From NCBI GenBank assembly GCA_017934475.1, contig JAGBJN010000007.1:11776-75775 (forward strand): a stretch of DNA of 64,000 nucleotides. Direction: 5' to 3'. A program made the position numbers and the translations under genes. The notes beneath the pieces were generated by a model. It had not been told where the DNA came from, ran no database searches, and was given only the letters and a program-made list of their open reading frames with translations. Positions 9,329 to 17,572 of the stretch are shown here, one piece after another. The DNA is from Clostridia bacterium. GTDB lineage: Bacteria > Bacillota > Clostridia > TANB77 > CAG-508. Every line of letters starts with the position of its first letter. Position 1 is the first letter of the stretch.

Positions 9329-10120
9329 ATGTGGGGAGCAATAATAGGAGATATAGCGGGGTCAATATATGAGTTTAAACAATTAAAAGAAGTAAAATAT
9401 ATAAAGTGTGATGAAATAATTCCAGAAAAAGGTTTTTTTAGTGATGATACAATACTTACAGTTGCAATTGCTAATGCTATTGAAACTGATAGAGATTATG
9501 AAAAATATCTGAAACTATATGCGAAAAAATATGAAAACTATAGACCTGATTTTGAACCATATTTTCGAAGTATTTTTTCACCAGGATTTATAAAATGGGT
9601 AAATGGGCAAAAAGATGGAAATAGCATAGGGAATGGCGCTATGATGAGAATATCACCTGTTGGATATATGTTTGATTCAGAAAAAGAAGTAATCGAAAAT
9701 GTAATACTTGCAACTAAACCATCACATAATTCAGAAGAAGCAATAGAATGTTCAAAAATCATAGCACTTATAATTTATTATGCGAGACAAGGATGGCCAA
9801 AAGATGAAATACTAAAAAAACTTAATATTCAGCTACAATATAAGTCTTTTGAAAAATTCAATGTTACTTGTAAGGAAACTATAGATAATTGTTTATATGC
9901 ATTATTTGCATCTAATAGTTTTGAAGAAAGTATAAAAAGGGTAATATCTTTTGGAGGAGATACAGATACAAATGCTTGTATAGTTGGTTCAATGGCTGAA
10001 GCTATGTATGGAATAAATCCAGTATTAATAGAAGAAGTAAAATTTAAAATACCAAAAGAATTTACAGATATAATAGAAAAAGGATATAAAATAAAAAAGA
10101 TAGAAGATAATGAAAGATAA
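9329..10120 (+). CDS. ADP-ribosylglycohydrolase (DraG/ARH family)
   Basis: GAIIGDIAGS, FSDDT, SIGNGAMMRISP, GGDTDTNACIVG. Confidence 0.9.
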   Translation: MWGAIIGDIAGSIYEFKQLKEVKYIKCDEIIPEKGFFSDDTILTVAIANAIETDRDYEKYLKLYAKKYENYRPDFEPYFRSIFSPGFIKWVNGQKDGNSIGNGAMMRISPVGYMFDSEKEVIENVILATKPSHNSEEAIECSKIIALIIYYARQGWPKDEILKKLNIQLQYKSFEKFNVTCKETIDNCLYALFASNSFEESIKRVISFGGDTDTNACIVGSMAEAMYGINPVLIEEVKFKIPKEFTDIIEKGYKIKKIEDNER

Positions 10121-10130
10121 AAGATAAAAT

Positions 10131-10247
10131 GAAGTGATATAGATGAACGATAATAAAACTAACATTAACTGGGGTATCGGTATTTAAGAAAACCCTGACT
10201 CAATGCATTGAAAATACTTACTTTTTTATGCTTAGATTTTTACACTT
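10131..10247 (+). repeat. cassette junction J2 (TG 10170-10171, right arm type beta)
   Basis: GAAGTGATATAG-ATG 10143 MNDNKTNIN-TG|GGGTATCGGTATTT..; aligns without gaps to the J1, J3 and J4 arms. Confidence 0.9.
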
Positions 10248-10277
10248 TTTTATAAAAAATAAGAGAAAGAGGAAAAA

Positions 10278-11318
10278 ATGAAATATATAGAAAGAACAAG
10301 CAAGTTAATTAAAGATTATTTTAGTATATTATCCCAAAACTATCCAGATTGGCTAGATGAATACATTGAAACAGAAAGAATGTTAAAACAGCAATATATA
10401 AGTGTTACATGTGGTAAGATTTATTCAAAATTATTTAATTATAATGATTATAGCTCATTAGATCATTCAATAGCAGTAGCATTAATAATTTGGAATTTTA
10501 CACATGATAAAAAGCAAACTTTATCAGGATTATTTCATGATATTGCAACACCTGCATTTAAGCATTGTATAGATTTCTTAAATGGTGATTATATGAACCA
10601 AGAATCGACAGAAGAATTGACGAAAACATTAATTAAAGATTCAAAAGACATAATGAAATTACTTGAAAGAGATAATATAGAATTAGATGAAGTTTGTGAC
10701 TATCATATTTATCCAATTGCAGATAATGATACACCAATGCTTTCTGCTGATAGATTAGAATATTCATTATCAAATGATTTAATAGTATTTAAAACAAATA
10801 CACTCGAAGATATTAGAGAAATATATAATGATATAGAAGTTCAAACAAATGAAAATGGAATTATAGAATTAGGTTTCAAAACAAAAAAGATAGCAAGACA
10901 ATTTGTGAAAAATACTTCTAGATTATCAGTAGCTTATCGAGATGATGCAACTAGATTTTATATGCAAGCTATTGCTGATATATTAAGAAAAGTAAGTGAA
11001 GATGGATTAATAAATAAGATAGATTTATACGAATTAAAGGAAAGTGAAGTAATAGATATTATAAAAAAATCAAACTATAGTGAAGCGTTTGAAGAATTAA
11101 TAAATGCAACAAAAGTACATACTTCAACCGAAGAACCAAAAGATGTTTACTATGTTAAGCATGGCGCAAAAGTAAGATATATAGATCCACTATTTAATGG
11201 AAAAAGAATATCTAAAGAATGTAAAATTGCACAAAAAATGATAGAAAAAAATTTATCATATAATATGGACAAGTATGTTTTTTTAGATAAAAGCTTAAAT
11301 ATATTAAATGAAAAATAA
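10278..11318 (+). CDS. HD-domain phosphohydrolase (dNTPase-like superfamily)
   Basis: SSLDHSIAV..GLFHDIATPAFKH..SADRLEY. Confidence 0.8.
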   Translation: MKYIERTSKLIKDYFSILSQNYPDWLDEYIETERMLKQQYISVTCGKIYSKLFNYNDYSSLDHSIAVALIIWNFTHDKKQTLSGLFHDIATPAFKHCIDFLNGDYMNQESTEELTKTLIKDSKDIMKLLERDNIELDEVCDYHIYPIADNDTPMLSADRLEYSLSNDLIVFKTNTLEDIREIYNDIEVQTNENGIIELGFKTKKIARQFVKNTSRLSVAYRDDATRFYMQAIADILRKVSEDGLINKIDLYELKESEVIDIIKKSNYSEAFEELINATKVHTSTEEPKDVYYVKHGAKVRYIDPLFNGKRISKECKIAQKMIEKNLSYNMDKYVFLDKSLNILNEK

Positions 11319-11323
11319 AGCGT

Positions 11324-11440
11324 AAGGAAGTGATATAGATGGAGAATAGTACAAACATTAACTGCGAAAAACCAATTTATAGAAACTTTTACTCAAAGCG
11401 TTGATAATACTGGATTTTTAATATTGAGATTTTTACATTT
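11324..11440 (+). repeat. cassette junction J3 (TG 11363-11364, right arm type alpha)
   Basis: AAGGAAGTGATATAG-ATG 11339 MENSTNIN-TG|CGAAAAACCAATTT.. Confidence 0.9.
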
Positions 11441-11460
11441 TTTATAGAAGGAGAAGAATT

Positions 11461-11898
11461 ATGGAAAATAAATATGAATTTTTTATAGCTGGAAGAAATA
11501 GAAATAAAGAAAATATATTAAAAATATGTGATTTATTTGATAAATATAATATATCTTATTATTGCTTTTTGAAAAATGAAGATAGTTGGGGATATGGAAA
11601 TAAAAATCAAACACAAGAAGAAAAGCAACGAGAATTTGAATCATTAGATTTAAAAAGTGATATTGTATTGAATTTGTTTAATCAAGATTTAGAAGGGGAA
11701 AAGAGTTCAAAAAACTTTTTACTAGTATTACCGGCTGGAAAAGCAGCACATATAGAATCAGGAATAGCATATGGACTAGGAAAAAAATGCTATGCTATTG
11801 GAGAATATGAAGCAACAGATACTTTATATAATATATTTGAAAAAATTTTTGATAATGAAAATCAATTAGAAGAATTTTTAAAAGAGTATAAAGGATAA
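11461..11898 (+). CDS. nucleoside 2-deoxyribosyltransferase-like protein
   Basis: FFIAG..DL..LLVLPAGKAAHIESGIAYGLGK (E-x-G-x-A motif). Confidence 0.6.
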   Translation: MENKYEFFIAGRNRNKENILKICDLFDKYNISYYCFLKNEDSWGYGNKNQTQEEKQREFESLDLKSDIVLNLFNQDLEGEKSSKNFLLVLPAGKAAHIESGIAYGLGKKCYAIGEYEATDTLYNIFEKIFDNENQLEEFLKEYKG

Positions 11899-11912
11899 GC
11901 TTAGATTAGAAT

Positions 11913-12029
11913 AAGGAAGTGATGGAAATGGAGAATAGTACAAACATTAACTGGGGTATCGGCATTTTAGAAAAACCTAGCTAAAAGTATTGGAAACACA
12001 CACTTTCTTAAAAATAGATTATTACATAT
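11913..12029 (+). repeat. cassette junction J4 (TG 11952-11953, right arm type beta)
   Basis: AAGGAAGTGA..ATG 11928 MENSTNIN-TG|GGGTATCGGCATTT..; left 24 nt identical to J3, right arm matches J2 at 56/76 nt. Confidence 0.9.
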
Positions 12030-12057
12030 TTAAGAAAAATATAAAAAGGAGGCAGTT

Positions 12058-13050
12058 ATGGATAATAAAAATGAAGTTTTGATTTATGAAGATAAAGATG
12101 GTATTACAAAAGTAAATGTAACATTCACTGATGAAGATATTTGGCTTACACAAAGTCAATTGGCAGAAATATATAAAACATCTCGTGAAAATATTACAAT
12201 GCATATTTCTAATATTTATAAAGATAATGAATTACCTAAAGATTCAACTTGTAAGAAATTCTTACAAGTTCAAAATGAAGGTGCAAGAAGCGTTAAAAGA
12301 AATATTGACCACTATAATTTAGATATGATAATTGCCTTAGGATATAGAGTTCAATCAGAAATAGCAGTTAGATTTAGAATATGGGCTACTCAAAGATTAC
12401 ACGAATACATACAAAAAGGTTTTACAATGGACGATGAAAGATTAAAACAAGGTGGCAATAGATACTTTAAAGAATTACTACAACGAATTAGAGATATTCG
12501 TTCAAGTGAAAGAAACTTTTATCAACAAGTAACAGATATATATGCAACAAGCATAGATTATGATCCAAGAGCAGATATAACTAAAAAGTTTTTTGCAACA
12601 GTTCAAAACAAACTACACTATGCAGTACATGAACATACAGCAGCAGAATTAATTTATGACAGAGTAGATAATGAAAAAACTTATGTTGGTATGACAAATT
12701 TTAAAGGAGATTATGTTACAATAGATGATGTAAAAATTGCCAAAAACTATTTATCAGAAATTGAATTACAAAGACTAAATTTACTAGTATCACAATTCTT
12801 AGATTTTGCAGAATTACAAGCGTTAGAACAAAGAACAATGAAAATGCAAGATTGGGTAGAAGAATTAGATAATCAAATATTACTTAATAGAAGAAAAATA
12901 TTAGAAGGTAATGGTAAAATATCACATGAAGAGGCAATAGCAAAAGCAGAAAAAGAATTTCAAATATATAGAGAAAGAGAAATGAAAGAATTACAAAGTG
13001 ATTTTGATATGCTTATGAAATCATTACCAAATAAAAATGAAAGTGAGTAA
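12058..13050 (+). CDS. RhuM-family (virulence protein) DNA-binding protein
   Basis: WLTQSQLAEIY..HISNIY..YNLDMIIALGYRV..FRIWAT..KGFTMDDERLK..IRDIRSSE. Confidence 0.85.
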   Translation: MDNKNEVLIYEDKDGITKVNVTFTDEDIWLTQSQLAEIYKTSRENITMHISNIYKDNELPKDSTCKKFLQVQNEGARSVKRNIDHYNLDMIIALGYRVQSEIAVRFRIWATQRLHEYIQKGFTMDDERLKQGGNRYFKELLQRIRDIRSSERNFYQQVTDIYATSIDYDPRADITKKFFATVQNKLHYAVHEHTAAELIYDRVDNEKTYVGMTNFKGDYVTIDDVKIAKNYLSEIELQRLNLLVSQFLDFAELQALEQRTMKMQDWVEELDNQILLNRRKILEGNGKISHEEAIAKAEKEFQIYREREMKELQSDFDMLMKSLPNKNESE

Positions 13051-13059
13051 GAAGTTAAT

Positions 13060-13449
13060 ATGAAAAAAATAATAATTGCTGGTTCTGCAAAGTTTTACAA
13101 AGAAGCACTAGAATTGAAAAAAGAATTAGAAAATATGAACTATAATGTAATAGATTATCCAAGAAATATAAATGCAAACATTGAAGAAGAATATAAACAA
13201 GCATATGAAAGATTTTATGATAGTTTAAATAAAACAGATGATTTAATTTTATTAAATTTAGATAAAAATGGAATAGAAGGTTATATAGGGTATGAATCAT
13301 TTGCAGAATTAAGTAATTTGGTGGTAAAGAAAATACAAGAAGATAATAATCATAAAATATATATCTACAAGATGCCAAGTAAAGAAGTTGGATGTTATGA
13401 TGAAATAAAACATTTCTTAGAACTAGGATATATTGAAATATTTAAATAA
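13060..13449 (+). CDS. hypothetical protein, NDT/flavodoxin-like fold candidate
   Basis: IIIAGS..D.LILLN..GYIGYESFAEL pattern. Confidence 0.45.
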   Translation: MKKIIIAGSAKFYKEALELKKELENMNYNVIDYPRNINANIEEEYKQAYERFYDSLNKTDDLILLNLDKNGIEGYIGYESFAELSNLVVKKIQEDNNHKIYIYKMPSKEVGCYDEIKHFLELGYIEIFK

Positions 13450-13591
13450 AGGAAGTGATAAAATGGCTAACAAAGATAATAATAAAGAAGGGTTTTCTAA
13501 AATGTCGATCAACTGGGATAGTACGAATTATCTAAACACTTCTGAAAAGTATTAGAAAATCAACATTTTTTGAAAATTTTAATCTTCGTGA
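13449..13591 (+). repeat. cassette junction J5 (TG 13514-13515, divergent right arm)
   Basis: AAGGAAGTGA..ATG 13463 MANKDNNKEGFSKMSIN-TG|GGATAG..; AAAGTATTAGAAA in register with J4 AAAGTATTGGAAA. Confidence 0.8.
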
Positions 13592-13641
13592 TTTAATATA
13601 AATTATATAAAATAAATTAGTAATCGAAAAAAGGAGAAGAA

Positions 13642-14181
13642 ATGGATAATTATATAATAATACATGGTAGTTTTGGATCAAAAGACGGAAATTGGTTTCC
13701 ATGGCTAAAAAATGAATTAGAAAAAGATAATAAAGATGTTGTTGTACCACAAATGCCAATTGGAGTAGAAAACCAGAATTTTGAAAATTGGTCCAAAGTG
13801 TTAAATGAATTGAATATAAATCATAATACTACTATAATTGCACATAGTATAGCGCCAATATTTGTATGCAAGTATTTAATTACAAATAAGATTAAAGTTA
13901 AAAAGCTTATATTTGTTTGTGGATTTAATAATTATTTAGGGATAGACAAAGAATTTGATGCAGTTAATGAACCAATGTTTATAGATAATTTTGAAGATAT
14001 AAAAGAATATTGTAACGATATTATTTGCTATTATTCAGATAATGATCCATATGTTAAATTTGAAACAGAAAAAGCATTTGCAGATGCTATTTCAAATAAT
14101 CAGTATGTAATAAAAAATGGTGGACATATAAATACTGAAAGCGGGTATACAAAATTTGAGGAAATATTGAGAGTACTATAG
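13642..14181 (+). CDS. RBBP9/YdeN-family alpha/beta hydrolase
   Basis: IIHG..NWFPWL..IAHSI..SDNDPYV..GGHIN. Confidence 0.85.
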   Translation: MDNYIIIHGSFGSKDGNWFPWLKNELEKDNKDVVVPQMPIGVENQNFENWSKVLNELNINHNTTIIAHSIAPIFVCKYLITNKIKVKKLIFVCGFNNYLGIDKEFDAVNEPMFIDNFEDIKEYCNDIICYYSDNDPYVKFETEKAFADAISNNQYVIKNGGHINTESGYTKFEEILRVL

Positions 14182-14196
14182 AAGGAGGAGAGGTTA

Positions 14197-15021
14197 ATGA
14201 CACTTTTAGCTTCTTGGGCTGCAATTGATACACATGGTACATCATCTGCTTATATTGTTTCTGATAGTAGAATAAGTTGGGGAAATAAAAAAAATTTTGA
14301 TTTTGGGAAAAAAGTATTTGCATCAAAAAAATATCCGGAAATATTTGGATATGCTGGAGATGTTTTATTTCCATCAATAGTCTTATCTCAAATAGTAGAT
14401 ATGATAGATACAGATGTACTATTCAATGAATCTATGAAATGTTCAGAAAAGAATAAGATTGTTTATGAAAAACTTCAGTATTCATTTTCAAAATATCCTG
14501 ATGTATATGGTGATAATCCAATTCAAATTATACATATATCAAGAGATACTATATTTGATAAATATCCAGTTTTTCATCATTATTTATTAACATGGAATAG
14601 AAAATATGGATGGAGCAAAGAAGAAAAAGTGTTTCCAACTAAATCTGGAATTTTGAATGTTTTAGGATCTGGAAAGGAAGAGTTTAATAAAAACTATAAT
14701 GAAAGATATCAACATTGTAGAAACAAATCTACAAGTAGAAATGTTTTTCATTGTTTTATAGATACATTGTATAATATACAGGATACTATGTGCGGAGGGC
14801 CGCCTCAATTGGTAGGAATATACAGAAAACCCAATACAGCTGCACAAAATTATGGAATTGTATATAATCAAAAAAGATTTTTGTTAGGAATGGAAGTTCC
14901 TAAAGAATCTATGTATAATAAAGTTGAATGGCGTAATGAAAATTTTGAATTATGTGATGGAGTATTAAAGAAAAAATTACAAAATGCTTCTAGTCAAAAA
15001 AATTTGATACGTCGAAATTAA
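14197..15021 (+). CDS. hypothetical protein with proteasome-beta/Ntn-hydrolase-like signature
   Basis: N-terminal M-T, SDSR, K..F, GYAG, LGSG, D..CGG motifs in the order seen in HslV, Anbu and proteasome beta subunits. Confidence 0.55.
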   Translation: MTLLASWAAIDTHGTSSAYIVSDSRISWGNKKNFDFGKKVFASKKYPEIFGYAGDVLFPSIVLSQIVDMIDTDVLFNESMKCSEKNKIVYEKLQYSFSKYPDVYGDNPIQIIHISRDTIFDKYPVFHHYLLTWNRKYGWSKEEKVFPTKSGILNVLGSGKEEFNKNYNERYQHCRNKSTSRNVFHCFIDTLYNIQDTMCGGPPQLVGIYRKPNTAAQNYGIVYNQKRFLLGMEVPKESMYNKVEWRNENFELCDGVLKKKLQNASSQKNLIRRN

Positions 15022-15142
15022 TTAAGGCAACTCCCTGGAAGCTATAAAAAGCTGCGAGGTGCTATGTCTATCTGGAGCAAATTGCTCCAGTAGACTACTA
15101 GGGTATTAACATAAAAATAATATAATTAGAAAGAAGGAATAT

Positions 15143-16357
15143 ATGATTAATATAAACAACAAAATTTGGGATAAATTAAGACTTAAAGATGTAGAAAAAT
15201 ATTTAGATACTATAGAAGATGATGAAACATTTTTTATGGAATTTAAGGAAGAAGATATAAGAAATGTACAATTAACAAAAGAAATTTCTGCATTTGCAAA
15301 TTCGTTTGGAGGGTATGTTTTTTTAGGCGTAAACGATTCTAAAAAAATTGTTGGATGTAGTAGCAAGTGGACAGAATTAAGAATAAATACAATAGTATGT
15401 AATGGAATTTCTCCTATTCCACAATTTGATATAAAAAAATTTAAGCTTAAAAATTCAAATACATTATATATTATAAAGGTAGAAGAGGGGGTAAATCCTC
15501 CATATATTACGAATGATGGATATATATATCATAGAGTATCATCTTCATCAGACAGAGTGAAAGATGCAAATACGCTTAATAATTTATACTTGAGAAATCA
15601 GAATAACATAAAAGATGTTGAAAATAAAATATATATTCCAGAAATATCAGGTACAATTCCAAATAATTTGTGCGGTTATGTTGATTTTGGATTTTCTTTA
15701 ATTTCTAAAAATATTGAAAAAACAAAAGAAAAAGTTAGAAAAGCTGATATTGAGAAGATATCAGAAAAATTAAAAGAATATAAACAAAAATATAGTATTT
15801 CAAAAGTAGGATATTCACTATCTATAACTATAGGTGAGCCTATAATGAAAATGGGAGATCAACCAATTTTAACAACTGGAGGACTTTCAAATTTTATGGA
15901 AATACTGCCAGATGGTAGTTTTAGGTGTAGAATAATTATTTGTTCAGAAAATGATAGCAGTATAGCAAATATTTCTTTAATAACTATGATACATTCGTTA
16001 TTTAAAGAAATATATGAAGTAGTATTTGGAAATAATTTTGTTTCGAATTTTATTCAAGCAAAAAAATATGAAAAGCTTACGGTTTTAAAACTGTTTCAAC
16101 CTAAAATAGTAGTAACAGGAGAATCAAAATATGTAGAAAGATTTAACAAGTTATTTAATGATCATATTATAAAATATGGTAATAATATAATTTCTACTAA
16201 TAATAGAATTCCTTTAAATGGGTTTGTTAATATAGATAAAAGCTTGTTTGATTTAAATAAAGTAAAATTTAATAATGATAACTTATATGGCCAATTGTTT
16301 TATACTAGTTATTTTTTACTTGGATATATTGATGATTTTTATATAGATAATGATTAA
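15143..16357 (+). CDS. AlbA_2 (Schlafen-like) domain protein
   Basis: ETFFMEFKE..KEISAFANSFGGYVFLGVND..PPY..YHRV. Confidence 0.8.
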   Translation: MININNKIWDKLRLKDVEKYLDTIEDDETFFMEFKEEDIRNVQLTKEISAFANSFGGYVFLGVNDSKKIVGCSSKWTELRINTIVCNGISPIPQFDIKKFKLKNSNTLYIIKVEEGVNPPYITNDGYIYHRVSSSSDRVKDANTLNNLYLRNQNNIKDVENKIYIPEISGTIPNNLCGYVDFGFSLISKNIEKTKEKVRKADIEKISEKLKEYKQKYSISKVGYSLSITIGEPIMKMGDQPILTTGGLSNFMEILPDGSFRCRIIICSENDSSIANISLITMIHSLFKEIYEVVFGNNFVSNFIQAKKYEKLTVLKLFQPKIVVTGESKYVERFNKLFNDHIIKYGNNIISTNNRIPLNGFVNIDKSLFDLNKVKFNNDNLYGQLFYTSYFLLGYIDDFYIDND

Positions 16358-16366
16358 GGAGTTTAA

Positions 16367-17572
16367 ATGGGATATAATGTAGCAGCATATTTGAGATTAT
16401 CAAAAGAAGATAATGAAAATATGGAATCAAATAGTATAATTAATCAAAGAGAATTAATAGAACAATATATTAGAAGTAAAAGTGATTTACAATTAGTAGA
16501 TTACTATATTGATGATGGGTATAGTGGTACTAATTTTAATAGACCAGGATTTAGAAGATTATTACAAGATATGAAAAATAAAAAGATTAATTGTATAATT
16601 GTAAAAGATTTATCAAGATTTGCAAGAAGTCATATAGAAGCGGATATGTATTTTGAAAATATCTTTCCTGCCTTGAATATTAGATTTATATCTGTGATAG
16701 AAAATATAGATAGTTTTGAAAATCCAGATTCAATGGACAACCTTATTGTTCCATTTAAAAACTTATTAAATGATGCTTATGCAAAAGATATATCTAAAAA
16801 GGTAAGAAGTGCATTATTAACTAAAAGATTAAATGGAGAATTTATTGGAACTTCTGCTACATATGGATATTTAAAAGATCCAAAAGATAAACATAAATTA
16901 ATAATTGATAAAGTTGCGTCAAAATATGTTATTCAAATATTTGATAGTGCGAAGAAAGGAAAAACTGCAAGTGAAATAGCAAATGAGTTAAATAAAAGTG
17001 ATGTATTAACACCATATACATATAAAGTCAAAAATGATAATATTGGAGTAGATAAAAAGTGGAATGCCAAAATGATTAATGTAATACTTCAAAATAGAGT
17101 ATACATTGGCGAATTAATTCAAGGTAAAAAGAAGGTAGAAAATTATCGTACACATAAACTGGTTTCAACCAATAAAGATGAATGGATAATAACTGAAAAT
17201 CACCATGAGCCAATTATATCTAAAGAAGATTTTGATAATGTTCAAGAAATAATTAAAAATAATAAATGTGCTAGAAGTAATAAAGAAAAAGATTTATTTT
17301 ATAGTTTTTTGAAGTGTGCAGATTGTGGAAGTGCATTCACATTAAGAAAAGTTAAAAATTATGAATACTATCATTGTACGTCGTATGTAAGAAATGGCTC
17401 ATGTACAAACCATTCTATAAGAAAAGATAAACTAGTTGGATTAGTAATTGAAGAACTAAATAAAAAGTTTAAAAGAAATAAAATTAATGTTTTAACAAGA
17501 GATATTTTATTAAAAAATATAAATAGTATCATTATATTTCAAAATGGAGAAGTTACAATAAATTTCAAATAA
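16367..17572 (+). CDS. large serine recombinase (resolvase + recombinase + zinc ribbon), short C-terminus
   Basis: AAYLRLS (catalytic Ser12), DDGYSGTNFNRPGF, VKDLSRFAR, YGY, HEPIIS, CADCG..C..C. Confidence 0.95.
   Translation: MGYNVAAYLRLSKEDNENMESNSIINQRELIEQYIRSKSDLQLVDYYIDDGYSGTNFNRPGFRRLLQDMKNKKINCIIVKDLSRFARSHIEADMYFENIFPALNIRFISVIENIDSFENPDSMDNLIVPFKNLLNDAYAKDISKKVRSALLTKRLNGEFIGTSATYGYLKDPKDKHKLIIDKVASKYVIQIFDSAKKGKTASEIANELNKSDVLTPYTYKVKNDNIGVDKKWNAKMINVILQNRVYIGELIQGKKKVENYRTHKLVSTNKDEWIITENHHEPIISKEDFDNVQEIIKNNKCARSNKEKDLFYSFLKCADCGSAFTLRKVKNYEYYHCTSYVRNGSCTNHSIRKDKLVGLVIEELNKKFKRNKINVLTRDILLKNINSIIIFQNGEVTINFK

Noticed and set aside
9114-10120. The Nudix and ARH genes both end D-x-E-R* (GAAAGATAA) just before a junction
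   Set aside because: Only two of five cases and 9 AT-rich nt; too weak to call part of the site.
9146-13591. Junction repeats as a CRISPR array or classical attC sites
   Set aside because: The spacing is 0.6-1.6 kb and contains whole genes. There are no cas genes, no GTTRRRY/RYYYAAC palindromic attC structure and no tyrosine integrase.
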